DNA of 64,000 nucleotides from an uncultured Actinomycetes bacterium (GTDB lineage Bacteria > Actinomycetota > Thermoleophilia > UBA2241): positions 64,001 through 128,000 of the forward strand of contig CAVWIH010000020.1 in assembly GCA_963755025.1 (NCBI GenBank), written 5' to 3'. Below are positions 9,102 through 18,781 of this stretch, piece by piece (position 1 is the first letter of the stretch; the number at the start of each line of letters is the position of its first letter). The position numbers and the translations under genes are program-made. The notes under the pieces were generated by a model, which did not search any database, was not told where the DNA came from, and was given only the letters and a program-made list of their open reading frames with translations.

Positions 9102-9827
9102 TCAGGCGTGGCGCGCGCCGCGGTCGAGCCGCAGGCGCCAGACGCCGAGCATGGCCTCGACCACGATGTCGTTGGACATCTTCGACTCGCCGACCTGGCG
9201 GTCGACGAAGGTGATGGGCAGCTCGACGACCTTGAAGCCGAGCTTGTGTGCGCGATAGGTCATCTCGATCTGAAAGCCGTAGCCGCGGGCGTCGACGGCG
9301 TCCAGGTCGATCGCCTCGAGCACGTCGCGGCGGAAGCACTTGAAGCCGCCGGTGAGGTCGCGGTAGGGCAGGCCGAGGATGGTCTGGGCGTAGAGGCAGC
9401 CGCCGCGGCTGATGACGCGCCGCGACAGGGTCCAGTTCTCGACGCCGCCCCCGCGCACGTAACGCGAGCCGAGCACGACGTCGGCGCCCTGCTCGATGAG
9501 GCGCACGAAGTGGGGCAGGTAGCTGGCGTCGTGCGAGAGGTCGGCGTCCATCTCGAACAGCAGGTCGGCGCCGCCCGCCAGGGCGTGGCGAAAGCCGGCG
9601 ATGTAGGCCTTGCCGAGGCCCTCCTTGCCGGAACGGTGCAGCACCTCGACGTCGGGGTACTCGCCGGCGAGGCGGTCGGCGAGCTCGCCGGTGCCGTCGG
9701 GCGAGTTGTCGTCGACGATCAGCGTGTGGAGTGGCAGGTCGTTGCCGTCGGCGACCTCGCGGATGCGCTCGAGGGCGTGGCGCAGGTTGTCGCGCTCGTT
9801 GTAGGTGGGAAGCACGATGGTGTTCAT
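9102..9827 (-). CDS. Polyprenol monophosphomannose synthase (GT2, Ppm1/DPM1-like)
   Basis: LPTYNERDN, VDDNSPDGTG, EMDADLSHD, GSRYVRGG, DLTGGFKCFR and GYGFQIEM. Confidence 0.92.
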   Translation of the reverse strand: MNTIVLPTYNERDNLRHALERIREVADGNDLPLHTLIVDDNSPDGTGELADRLAGEYPDVEVLHRSGKEGLGKAYIAGFRHALAGGADLLFEMDADLSHDASYLPHFVRLIEQGADVVLGSRYVRGGGVENWTLSRRVISRGGCLYAQTILGLPYRDLTGGFKCFRRDVLEAIDLDAVDARGYGFQIEMTYRAHKLGFKVVELPITFVDRQVGESKMSNDIVVEAMLGVWRLRLDRGARHA

Positions 9828-10100
9828 GGCGCCAAGTATACCTGCTGGGGCGAGCTCGCCGAGGCTCGGGTGCGGGCGCGCCCCGGCGACGCGCCGCGGC
9901 GTCGCGCGGGGCGTTGCGGGTTAGCCCGCCGCGCGCCGCTCCCGCATCGCCGCCGCCCCACGCGCCACCCCGTGAGCCGCGCCGCGAAACGCCGTCCCCA
10001 AGGCGCGCTACACTGGGGGACCAGGGGGTCGATTCTCACCCTCAAGGTGAGAATCACCCTTACCACTACGAAAAGATGTCGTCGGAACGGCAGGGAACCG

Positions 10101-10128
10101 TTGCAACCACGGCGAAATCCGCTATATT
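10101..10128 (+). promoter_or_regulatory. Putative sigma-70 promoter of nrdR-nrdJ
   Basis: TTGCAA-16 nt-TATATT. Confidence 0.55.
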
Positions 10129-10149
10129 GTGACGAGCCAACCCTCCAGG

Positions 10150-10165
10150 CACTACATCTTGTAGT
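10150..10165 (+). promoter_or_regulatory. NrdR box
   Basis: cACTACATCTTGTAGT, a palindrome matching the acaCwAtATaTwGtgt-type consensus, directly upstream of nrdR-nrdJ. Confidence 0.75.
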
Positions 10166-10190
10166 CCTCGGTAGCAGGAGTCCTAAGTCC

Positions 10191-10837
10191 GTGCATTGCC
10201 CTTTCTGTGGTGACGAAGACAGCCGTGTGGTCGATTCGCGCGATTCCGAGTCGGGCGACACCATCCGCCGGCGCCGCGAATGCGGCCACTGCGGACGGCG
10301 CTACACCACCTACGAGCGCGTCGAAGAAGCGCCGTTGCTGGTCGTCAAGCGCAGCGGCGCCGAAGAGGTCTTCGCGCGCGCCAAGCTGCTGAACGGCTTG
10401 CTGCGCGCCTGCGAGAAGCGCCACATCTCGCTCGAGCGCATCGAGCGCATCTCCGACGAGATCGAAGGCGAACTGCGCCGCGAGTCGGTGCAGCAGGTCA
10501 CCTCGGTCGAGATCGGCGAGCGCGCGCTGCGCTACCTGCGCGACCTCGACCGCGTGGCCTACATACGCTTCGCGTCCGTCTATCGCCAGTTCGACGACAT
10601 CGACGAGTTCCAAAGCGAGCTCGCCCGCCTCGACGAGCCGGCCGCAAACGATGGACCGGGCGAGCGAACGGCCGACGCGACGCGCGAGCACGCGGCCGAC
10701 GCGCCGCGCGACCGGGCGACCGACAAGCCACACGACCGGGCGGTCGACGGGCCGCCCCCCACCGCAACGTCAGACGACGCGCCGGTCGACCAGCCGGCGC
10801 TGACCACATCGAACAGAGCAGGGGGCATGACTCATGA
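10191..10837 (+). CDS. nrdR: Transcriptional repressor NrdR with a low-complexity C-terminal extension
   Basis: CPFC...SRVVDSR...[20 protein letters not shown] cone and [13 protein letters not shown]; GTG start with AGGAG RBS. Confidence 0.96.
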
Positions 10838-13083
10838 CTGAGACGGGGCGCGACGTGATAGAGCTGTCGGCCAACGCACTCAAGGTGCTGCAACGTCGCT
10901 ACCTCAAGAAGGGCGAGAACGGCGAGCTGCAGGAGACGCCCGAGCAGATGTTCCGTCGCGTCGCCCGGGCGATCGCCCAGGCCGAGCGGCTGCACAACCC
11001 GAGCGCTCCGGTCGAGCAGGTCGAAGAGACCTTCTACGAGCTCATGTCGAGCCTCGAGTTCATGCCCAACAGCCCCACGCTCATGAACGCCGGTCGCGAG
11101 CTCGGTCAGCTCTCGGCCTGTTTCGTGCTGCCCGTCGGCGACTCCATGGACTCCATCTTCGAGGCCATCAAGAACACCGCCCTCATTCACAAGAGCGGCG
11201 GCGGCACCGGCTTTTCGTTCTCGCGCGTGCGCCCCAAGAACGACGTCGTGCTGTCGACCGCCGGGGTCTCGTCGGGCCCGCTGTCGTTCATGAACGTCTT
11301 CGACGCCGCCACCGAGACCATCAAGCAGGGCGGCACGCGGCGCGGCGCCAACATGGGCATCATGCGCGTCGACCACCCCGACATCCTCGAGTTCATCAAC
11401 GCCAAGCACAACGACGACTGCCTCAACAACTTCAACATCTCGGTGGCCGTCACCGACGCCTTCATGCACGCGGTCGAAGCCGACGAAGAGTACGCCCTGC
11501 TCAACCCGCGCTCCGGCGAGACGGTGCAGATGCTCAAGGCGCGCAAGGTCTTCAACCTCATGGTCACGCTAGCCTGGAAGAACGGCGACCCCGGCGTCGT
11601 GTTCATCGACCGCATCAACGAGCACAACCCCACGCCCCAGCTGGGTCCCATCGAGAGCACCAACCCCTGCGGCGAGCAGCCCCTGCTGCCCTACGAGTCG
11701 TGCAACCTGGGTTCGGTCAACCTCGCCCGCGTGTGCGACGACGGCCACCTCGACTACGGTCGCCTGGGGCGCATCGTCAAGACCGCCGTGCGCTTCTTAG
11801 ACAACGTCATCGACGTCAACAACTACCCGCTGCCGCAGATCGCCGAAATGAGCCGCGGCAACCGCAAGATCGGCCTGGGCGTCATGGGCTTCGCCGACAT
11901 GCTCTTCAGGCTCGGCATCCCCTACGACTCCGACGAAGCCGTGCACCTGGCCGGCGAGCTCATGGAGTTCGTGCACGCCCAGGCGCGAGAGGCCTCTATC
12001 GAGCTCGCCGAAGAACGCGGCGTGTTCCCCAACTTCGCGGGCTCCATCTACGACGTCGAAGGCGGCCCCCGGCTGCGCAACGCCACCGTCACCACCATCG
12101 CCCCGACCGGCACCATCTCGATCATCGCCGGCTGCTCGAGCGGCATCGAGCCCCTGTTCGCCCTGGGCTACGTGCGCCGCAAGGTATTAGACGACGACGA
12201 GATGGTCGAGCTCTACCCGTACTTCGAAGAGGTCGCCCGGCGCGAGGGCTTCTACTCCGACGAGCTCATCAAGCGCGTCGCCGACCAGGGTTCGGCGCGC
12301 CACGTCGACGACGTGCCGGCCGTGTGGCGCAAGGTCTTCGCCACCGCCCACGACGTCACGCCCGAGTGGCACATCAAGCTGCAGGCCGCCTTTCAGGACG
12401 CCACCGACAACGCCGTCTCAAAGACGGTCAACTTTCCCAACGACGCCACCGCCGACGACGTCGACAAGGTCTACCGCCTCGCCTTTCGCTCGGGCTGCAA
12501 AGGCGTCACCATCTACCGCGACGGCAGCCGCGACGAGCAGGTGCTGAACGTGGGGGCCGCCTACAAGCAGGGCGCTCCGCGCGACCCGGCCGCCGGCGGC
12601 ATCGCCACCACGCGGCCCTCGCGGCCGCGCCTGCTGTCGGGCGAGACCGAGCGCATGGACACCGGCTGCGGCAAGCTGTTCGTCATCATGAACGACGACG
12701 AGCACGGCCCGCGCGAGGTCTTCGCCAACATGGGCAAGGCCGGTGGCTGCGCCTCGTCGAACACCGAAGCGCTCGGCCGGCTGATCTCGCTGGCCTTAAA
12801 GAAGGGCGCGTCGCCGAGCGAGGTCGTCGACCAGCTCAAGGGCATCCGCTGTCACGTGCCCTACGGCATGGGGCCCAACGCCACGCTGTCGTGCGCCGAC
12901 GCCATCGGCAAGGCCATCGAACGGCGCTACATCACGGGCGCCGCCGCGCCGGCCGCCACCATCGAGCCGCAGCTCGCGCTCGTCGAGGTCGCCCAGGGCG
13001 CCTGCCCCGACTGCGGCGGCTCCATCGAACACGAAGGCGGCTGCGTGGTGTGCCGCACCTGCGGCTACTCCAAGTGCGGCTGA
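10834..13083 (+). CDS. nrdJ: Class II (adenosylcobalamin-dependent) ribonucleotide reductase with C-terminal TSCPD/Zn-ribbon domain
   Basis: [59 protein letters not shown] and terminal CPDC...[10 protein letters not shown]; no nrdB nearby. Confidence 0.95.
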   Translation: MTETGRDVIELSANALKVLQRRYLKKGENGELQETPEQMFRRVARAIAQAERLHNPSAPVEQVEETFYELMSSLEFMPNSPTLMNAGRELGQLSACFVLPVGDSMDSIFEAIKNTALIHKSGGGTGFSFSRVRPKNDVVLSTAGVSSGPLSFMNVFDAATETIKQGGTRRGANMGIMRVDHPDILEFINAKHNDDCLNNFNISVAVTDAFMHAVEADEEYALLNPRSGETVQMLKARKVFNLMVTLAWKNGDPGVVFIDRINEHNPTPQLGPIESTNPCGEQPLLPYESCNLGSVNLARVCDDGHLDYGRLGRIVKTAVRFLDNVIDVNNYPLPQIAEMSRGNRKIGLGVMGFADMLFRLGIPYDSDEAVHLAGELMEFVHAQAREASIELAEERGVFPNFAGSIYDVEGGPRLRNATVTTIAPTGTISIIAGCSSGIEPLFALGYVRRKVLDDDEMVELYPYFEEVARREGFYSDELIKRVADQGSARHVDDVPAVWRKVFATAHDVTPEWHIKLQAAFQDATDNAVSKTVNFPNDATADDVDKVYRLAFRSGCKGVTIYRDGSRDEQVLNVGAAYKQGAPRDPAAGGIATTRPSRPRLLSGETERMDTGCGKLFVIMNDDEHGPREVFANMGKAGGCASSNTEALGRLISLALKKGASPSEVVDQLKGIRCHVPYGMGPNATLSCADAIGKAIERRYITGAAAPAATIEPQLALVEVAQGACPDCGGSIEHEGGCVVCRTCGYSKCG

Positions 13084-13183
13084 GACCCCGCCGGGGCGGC
13101 GCCGGCCGTCGCGGCCGGCGCCGCGGCGGGGTAGAGTAGGGCAAGCACGCTAGGCACGCCCTTTCCGACCGGGGAGCCCGCAC

Positions 13184-13636
13184 ATGGCCGACCAGCAACC
13201 GCCCGAAACGCCGCCCACCACGCCGCCCGGCGAACCGCCGGCCACGCCCGACGAACCGGGTGCGCCGGGTGCGCACGTGGCCGCCGGCGAGTTCGAGATC
13301 GGCGACACCGTCATCGCCAAGATCGCCCACATGGCCTGCCGCGAAGTCGAGGGCGTGCACGCCCTGGGCGGCGCCACCTCGCGCGCGCTCTCGAGCCTGC
13401 GCGTGGCCGACAACCGCACCCAGGGGGTCACTGTCGACCTGCGCGGCGACAGCGTCGACGTCGACCTCACGCTGGTCGTCACCTACGGGCGCAGCATCCC
13501 CGAGGTAGCCCAGGCTTGCCGCGAGCGCGTGCGCGACCGCATCGAAGCCACCACCGGCCTGGCCGTCAAGGCGGTCAACGTCGTGGTCAGCGACATCTAC
13601 TTTCCCGAAGGCGCTTCTGGCGGCGAAAACGAATAG
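13184..13636 (+). CDS. Asp23/Gls24 family envelope stress response protein
   Basis: IGDTVIAKIAHMACREVEGVHAL...VDLTLVVTYGRSIPEVA...TGLAVKAVNVVVSDI. Confidence 0.9.
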   Translation: MADQQPPETPPTTPPGEPPATPDEPGAPGAHVAAGEFEIGDTVIAKIAHMACREVEGVHALGGATSRALSSLRVADNRTQGVTVDLRGDSVDVDLTLVVTYGRSIPEVAQACRERVRDRIEATTGLAVKAVNVVVSDIYFPEGASGGENE

Positions 13637-13694
13637 GCCCGTCCGGTCGCCTCGCGGCCTCGCCCTCGACGCCCTCGAGGCGACGCTCGGCTTC

Positions 13695-14201
13695 GTGGCG
13701 CTGCTCGCCGCCGGCGTGGTGCTCGTGTCGGCGGCGATCGAGTTGCTGGCGGCCGCCGTGGGCCGCCACCTCACCATCTGGCGCGCCGTGCCCCTGCCGC
13801 ACTCCCACGAGGGGCGCATCGCCCTTCTGCTCGTACTGCTGGCCGGCTCGGTCGCGCTGGCCGCCCTGGCCTTGCGCTCGCGGCCCGCGGCGCTCGTGCT
13901 GAACGTCGAGGGCGGCAGCCTGCGGCTGCCGCCCGACACCCTCGAGCGCTACCTGGCCGCCGAGCTCGCCCGCGACCCCGACGTGGTGTCGTCCAGAGCC
14001 GCCTTTGCGCTGCGCGACGAGCAGCTCACCGCCCAGGTCCGGGTGGCCGTGCGGCCGCTGGCGCCGCCCGCCGTGCTGCGCGAGCGCCTGGCCGGCGCGG
14101 CCCAGGCGGCGCTGCGCGACAAGCTCGAGCTGGCCGTCGAGGTGCGCGAACCGGTCGTCAAGGTGCTGCGCGTCCACGACCTGCCGCGCTACCTCAAATG
14201 A
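13695..14201 (+). CDS. Membrane protein, AmaP-like (start uncertain)
   Basis: Two TM helices plus an Asp23-like cytoplasmic segment; ATGA coupling to the next gene in the asp23 operon. Confidence 0.6.
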   Translation: MALLAAGVVLVSAAIELLAAAVGRHLTIWRAVPLPHSHEGRIALLLVLLAGSVALAALALRSRPAALVLNVEGGSLRLPPDTLERYLAAELARDPDVVSSRAAFALRDEQLTAQVRVAVRPLAPPAVLRERLAGAAQAALRDKLELAVEVREPVVKVLRVHDLPRYLK

Positions 14202-14752
14202 GGCGCGCGGCGACCCTCACCGCGGCGCTCATCGGCACGGTGCTCTGCGCCGCCCTGCTGGTGCGCGAGGGCGCCCTCGCCGCCGACCGCACCGTGACCT
14301 GGTCGGGGGCGCGCTGGTGGCACGACCTGCTGCACGCCCAGGGCGTGCTGGTCGCGCTGGCCGGAGCGGCGGCGCTCGCGCTGGGCGCCGCGTGTCTGTG
14401 GCTCGCCCTGCGCATGCTCGCCGGCAACCACGCCGACGACGGCGCCGGGGTCGAGCTCGGCGACCTGCAGGCGAGCGTCGTCGTCAAGGCCGAGGCGCTC
14501 GAGCACCTGGTCGCCAACTGTCTCGTCGCCGAACTTGCCGAAGTCAGGAATGCGCGTGTGCGGGTCACAAGGCGCGACGAGCGCCTCGTGACCCGCACGT
14601 CTCTTACGCTTGCCGCGACCGACGTGCGTCGCACGCACGCCCGCGCCCGGGCCGTCATCGACCGGGAACTGCGGGCCGCGACGGGCCTCGAAGCGGGCGA
14701 GCTGACAGTCGAGGTCGACGAGCTGCTCGTCGGCCGAGGAGGTGCCACGTGA
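14198..14752 (+). CDS. Alkaline shock response membrane anchor protein (AmaP-like)
   Basis: Two TM helices then an Asp23-like fold (ALEHLV...TGLEAGELTVEV); operon context. Confidence 0.65.
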   Translation: MRRAATLTAALIGTVLCAALLVREGALAADRTVTWSGARWWHDLLHAQGVLVALAGAAALALGAACLWLALRMLAGNHADDGAGVELGDLQASVVVKAEALEHLVANCLVAELAEVRNARVRVTRRDERLVTRTSLTLAATDVRRTHARARAVIDRELRAATGLEAGELTVEVDELLVGRGGAT

Positions 14753-14928
14753 GTCTCAGGTTCATCGGATTGGGCGTCGGCCTGGTGGTCGGCGTCGTGT
14801 GGATGGCGCTCGGCCTCGAGAAGCTGGTCGTGGTGTGCGCGATCGGCGCCCTGGGGTACCTGATCGGGGGTGTGCTGGCCGGCGAGATCGACGTGCAGCG
14901 CTCCATCGACAACCTGCGGCGCAAATGA
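14749..14928 (+). CDS. Small integral membrane protein (DUF2273-like)
   Basis: 59 aa, MSLRFIGLGVGLVVGVVWMALGLEKLVVVCAIGALGYLIG; GAGGAGG RBS; typical member of asp23 operons. Confidence 0.75.
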   Translation: MSLRFIGLGVGLVVGVVWMALGLEKLVVVCAIGALGYLIGGVLAGEIDVQRSIDNLRRK

Positions 14929-14985
14929 GGCGGAGGGGCGCCGAGGGACCATCGCGGCGCAGCCGCCGCCGGCCCGCCTTAGCGC

Positions 14986-15094
14986 AAAAAAGAGACCTGA
15001 TGGGGATTCAGGCCTCTTTGAGAAGCGCTCCCGCGACAGTCGGGGTGCGTCCTTCTCCTGTCTCTCAGTTTACCCCCGCGGCGGCGGTCGTCAA
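14986..15094 (-). ncRNA. Candidate stand-alone sRNA (about 75 nt, about 15060 to 14986) with its own promoter and intrinsic terminator
   Basis: -35 TTGACG (15089-15094), 16 nt, -10 TAAACT (15067-15072); hairpin GAGAAG...CUUCUC; terminator AGAGGCCUGA-AUCCCCA-UCAGGUCUCU followed by a U run. Confidence 0.55.
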
Positions 15095-15106
15095 CAGCGT
15101 TCGGAC

Positions 15107-15952
15107 ATGATGTCGGAGTCGCACCCGGCCACCGCGCCGCAGCGCCTCCTGCACCGCCCCGACCTGGTCGCCTCAGACCTCGACGGCACGCTGCTGCCGC
15201 CCAGCCTGCAGTTCCTGCCGCTGACCGCGAGCGGCGTCAACGAGCTGCGCGGCGCCGGCGTGCCCTTTGTCGTGTCCACCGGGCGCATGTTCAAAAGCGC
15301 GCGCCACATGGTGGCGCGCCTGGGGCTCACGAGCGGGCCCATCGTCTGCTACCAGGGGGCCCTGGTGGCCGACCTGGGCAGCGGCGAGTGGCAGCGCCAC
15401 CTGCCGATCGCGCCCGAGAGCGCCGCCGAGGTGGTGCTCGCCATGCGCGAGCTCGGCCGCCACGTCAACGTCTACGTCGACGACGAGCTCTACGTCGAGC
15501 AGGACGACAAGTGGGCGCGGCAGTACGCCGAGTACGCCGAGGTCGGCATGAACGTGGTGCCCGACCTGCTGGCGGTCGTCGCCAGGCCGCCGACCAAGAT
15601 CGTGATCTCGAGCGAGCCCAGCGACGTGGCCGCCCTGCTGCCCACGCTGCAGGAGCGCTGGCGCGACAGCCTCTACGTCACGCGGTCGCTGCCGCACTTC
15701 ATCGAGGTCAGCGACCCCCTGGCCAGCAAGAGCTCGGCGCTGGCCTACCTGTGCGACGCGCTGGGCCTGGCCCGCGAGCGCACCGTGGCCTGCGGCGACG
15801 GCTGGAACGACATCGACATGATGGAGTGGGCCGGCCTCGGGGTGGCGGTCGCCGAGGCCGCCGACGACGTGCGCGCAAGCGCCGACCTGGTCGTGCCGCG
15901 CGACGAGCTCGGCGCGCTCTTTGCGAAACTCGCGGCGGCCCCCCGGGGCTAG
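15107..15952 (+). CDS. Cof-type HAD-IIB family hydrolase
   Basis: SDLDGTLL, STGR, SKSSAL and CGDGWNDIDM. Confidence 0.92.
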   Translation: MMSESHPATAPQRLLHRPDLVASDLDGTLLPPSLQFLPLTASGVNELRGAGVPFVVSTGRMFKSARHMVARLGLTSGPIVCYQGALVADLGSGEWQRHLPIAPESAAEVVLAMRELGRHVNVYVDDELYVEQDDKWARQYAEYAEVGMNVVPDLLAVVARPPTKIVISSEPSDVAALLPTLQERWRDSLYVTRSLPHFIEVSDPLASKSSALAYLCDALGLARERTVACGDGWNDIDMMEWAGLGVAVAEAADDVRASADLVVPRDELGALFAKLAAAPRG

Positions 15953-15964
15953 CGAGCGCCGGCG

Positions 15965-16143
15965 CCAAAGCGAAGGCGGCGCCCGGAGGGTAAGGCGCCG
16001 CCTTCTTGGGGTGCTGGTGGCGCCGGCGCTTGCACGCCGGCTTCCCCGTGCAGGGGACCTGGACACTCTGTCACCCCGTTCTGTCCAGCATGCTCGGTGC
16101 GGGGGACGCGCTACACGCGACCCGCCGTCCGCTGTTTAGTGTA
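15965..16143 (-). ncRNA. Candidate structured ncRNA (about 165 nt)
   Basis: Non-coding gap with -10 TACACT (16138-16143), several consecutive hairpins and a 12-bp terminal hairpin (15972-16005). Confidence 0.4.
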
Positions 16144-16177
16144 CCCGAGCGCTCTAATCTCACACGAGCGGCGCAAA

Positions 16178-16218
16178 TAAAAGAGGCGGGCGGGGTCGCT
16201 TGCGACCCCGCCCGCCTC
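16178..16218 (-). terminator. Intrinsic terminator of the S55 peptidase gene
   Basis: GAGGCGGGCGGGGTCGC/GCGACCCCGCCCGCCTC inverted repeat followed by TTTTATTT on the minus strand. Confidence 0.8.
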
Positions 16219-16275
16219 GCTCGCCTCGCCGCCCCCGGCCGTTGCCGATCGGGGCGTGCTCGGCCGTCGTGCCTC

Positions 16276-18576
16276 TTAGCGCACGTAGACCTTGCAGGTC
16301 GCGGTGGCGCCGATGTACTCGTCGGAACCGCCCCAGACCGCCTTGTAGGTCTGCGCGGTGGCGCCGAGCTTGACGGTGGTGCTGAAGATACCCTCGCCGT
16401 ATGAGTCGACGTGGACCGGTACGGTGGCGAACGGCTTGGTGGCCTTGCCGGCGTACAGCGAGACCCGGGTGAGGTTCGAGTCTTCTGCCTCGATCAGGCC
16501 GACCAGCCTGACCGTGTGGTGCTTGGCCACGAGGGGAGCCGCGGGGCGCAGGCGCATGTAGGCCGTCGACTTGGAGACGTTGCCCTGCACGTACCAGGTG
16601 GTGCCGTTGTTGATCATGGGCAGGGTGGCCGTGACGATGTTGATCGGCTGGCCGTCGGAGCCCACCGGCACGACGAAGTCGTTGGGCACGTCGGCGATCA
16701 GCGTGGCGTTCAGCACGTCGTTGACCTGCCACGAGGCGACGTCGGCCGACAGGTCGGCCAGCGTGGGCGAGTCGGGAACGGCGGTCGGGTCGACCGACGG
16801 CGTGTTCAGGCGCGTGGCCATGCCCGAGTCGTCCGACGGATCGGACGAGTCGTCGCTCGTGTCGTAGCCCGACGAGTCGTAGACCACGACCTCGCCGGTG
16901 GTGGCCACATTGGAGGGCACCGTGAGGGTGATGTCCTGCTCGTGGGTGCCCGTTTCGCCGTAGGCCCGCACCAGGGCTTTGACCGTGTTGGCGCCGTGCT
17001 TCAGGCCGCCGGGCACGGAGAAGTCCATGATCTGCAGGCTCTTGTTGGCCGGCGTCAGGGTGGCCGTGAAGGTGACCGCGTCGGGCGTGGTCGCCAGCAG
17101 GGCCGGCGCCGTGCCGTTGGGGTTCGACTGCAGCTCGCCGAGCATGTCGTAGACGTCTTCGCCCGCGTAGTTGCTGACGTCGTAGGAGTCGTCGTAGACG
17201 TTGTCCATGGTGTTGGTGTAGGTGGTGGTCGGCGCCGTGGCGTCGGCGACCGTCACGCTCGAGTCCATGAGCGCGTGGCCGGGGTAGAGGCCGGCGTCGA
17301 TGACCTTGGCGACCGCGAAGTAGCAGGCGCTGGCGATCATGTCGGAGCCGTAGTCGATGTTGTCGGCGACCCAGAGCGGCACGTTGGAGTTCGTGACGAC
17401 GGGCGTGCCGGTACCGATCGCGGCCGAGGCCGTGACGGGCACTTCGGGGGTAGCGGCGCCGAGCTCGCCGGCGATGCCGTAGGTGCGGTCCTGGGTGATC
17501 AGGCCGCGCGTGGCGCCCAGCGAGACGAGCTTGTACGAGGCATACGAGTCAGACCAGATGCCGTAGACGTTGGCGTTGGTCATGTCGAGGCCGGAGGCGC
17601 CGTCGAGGTCGGCCGGGTGGCCGAAGGCGACGACGACGTTGTCGTGCGCGTAGGTGACGGTGCCCACGTAGGCGGCCCAGAAGTCGCCGGTCGAAAAGGC
17701 GGCGCCCACCGCCGCGCCGGGCACGAGGTCGGTGGTGAAGCCGGAGTCGCTGGGCCCCGCGCCGACCGGCCTGACGTCGACGCCGCGCTTGGCGAAGGCG
17801 GCGGCGAGGCGCTTGTACGCGGCGCTGGTGCTGGGCAGGCCGCCGACCTCGAGGGCGCTGAGCGGCACGAAGACGGCCGTGCCGGCCGCCGGGTGCAGGG
17901 TGCGGGCGATCGAGCGGCTGCGGGCCACGACGAACGTGCCGAACGTGCCGGCCGACGTCTTGATGGGCTTGGCCGCGAGAGCCGTGCGGGTCTTGGGCAT
18001 GATGGGACCGGCGGTCTCGAGCGACGGCGCCGCCGGGGCGCCGGTGCCGGCCACGGCCTTGTCGAGCGGGGCCACGCTGTAGTCGGTCTCGATCGAGGTC
18101 ATGTACTCGATGGGCGTGGCCAGGCCGAGGCCGTTGGTGGTGAAGGAGTCGCCATACGAGGCGGCGCCGATCATGGGATCGTCGTCGCTGGGACTGCTGG
18201 CATCACCGAGGTAGACGGGGCTGCCGCTCATGCCCTCGGCCAGGCCGCCCTCGCTCACGATGGTCGGGTCGGTGATCTGGAAGAAGATGAGCGCGGAGCC
18301 GTCGACCGGGTTCTGGCCGTCGGCCACCGCGAGCACCTGCACGGGGACGTTGCTGATGGTCGAGCCCGAGAGGACGGTCTTGAAGTAGCCCTGCTGGGGG
18401 CCGCTGTTCGCGAGAAGCGCGCGCAGGTCGCTGAGACCCATCGTGGGCCCCGTCGGCCCGGTGGTCGCGGCCGCGGCCGGTCCAGCGGCCATCAGCGCGC
18501 AGGCGGCCATCGCCGCCAACGCCAAGAGCAAGAGTAGCGGCACGCGAGAGCCGCCCGATCGGACCGACCTGTTCAT
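16276..18576 (-). CDS. Secreted SpoIVB/peptidase S55 domain protein
   Basis: Signal peptide (AAA cleavage), GLAEGMSGSPVY...IGA...GLATPIEYM and GTVTY...VAFGHP; GGAGG RBS before ATG 18576; Ser/Thr-rich beta-sandwich-like C-terminus. Confidence 0.85.
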   Translation of the reverse strand: MNRSVRSGGSRVPLLLLLALAAMAACALMAAGPAAAATTGPTGPTMGLSDLRALLANSGPQQGYFKTVLSGSTISNVPVQVLAVADGQNPVDGSALIFFQITDPTIVSEGGLAEGMSGSPVYLGDASSPSDDDPMIGAASYGDSFTTNGLGLATPIEYMTSIETDYSVAPLDKAVAGTGAPAAPSLETAGPIMPKTRTALAAKPIKTSAGTFGTFVVARSRSIARTLHPAAGTAVFVPLSALEVGGLPSTSAAYKRLAAAFAKRGVDVRPVGAGPSDSGFTTDLVPGAAVGAAFSTGDFWAAYVGTVTYAHDNVVVAFGHPADLDGASGLDMTNANVYGIWSDSYASYKLVSLGATRGLITQDRTYGIAGELGAATPEVPVTASAAIGTGTPVVTNSNVPLWVADNIDYGSDMIASACYFAVAKVIDAGLYPGHALMDSSVTVADATAPTTTYTNTMDNVYDDSYDVSNYAGEDVYDMLGELQSNPNGTAPALLATTPDAVTFTATLTPANKSLQIMDFSVPGGLKHGANTVKALVRAYGETGTHEQDITLTVPSNVATTGEVVVYDSSGYDTSDDSSDPSDDSGMATRLNTPSVDPTAVPDSPTLADLSADVASWQVNDVLNATLIADVPNDFVVPVGSDGQPINIVTATLPMINNGTTWYVQGNVSKSTAYMRLRPAAPLVAKHHTVRLVGLIEAEDSNLTRVSLYAGKATKPFATVPVHVDSYGEGIFSTTVKLGATAQTYKAVWGGSDEYIGATATCKVYVR

Positions 18577-18781
18577 GTTCCCTCCAAAAGTGGACCCCTG
18601 CCCCTGTCGCGATTCGTCGGGGCGCGACGAGCGTGCGTGTTTTGCATGCCGCTTGAGCCGTGCACGCGGCTCCCTGGAGACGGGCACTGAGCATAGAAGG
18701 TTCGGTAGCGAAGGTAAGCCACCTGTATTGGCGAGGAGAAGCTCACCTCTAGTATCGGCCCCAGGGGCCGGTTTGGACAGT

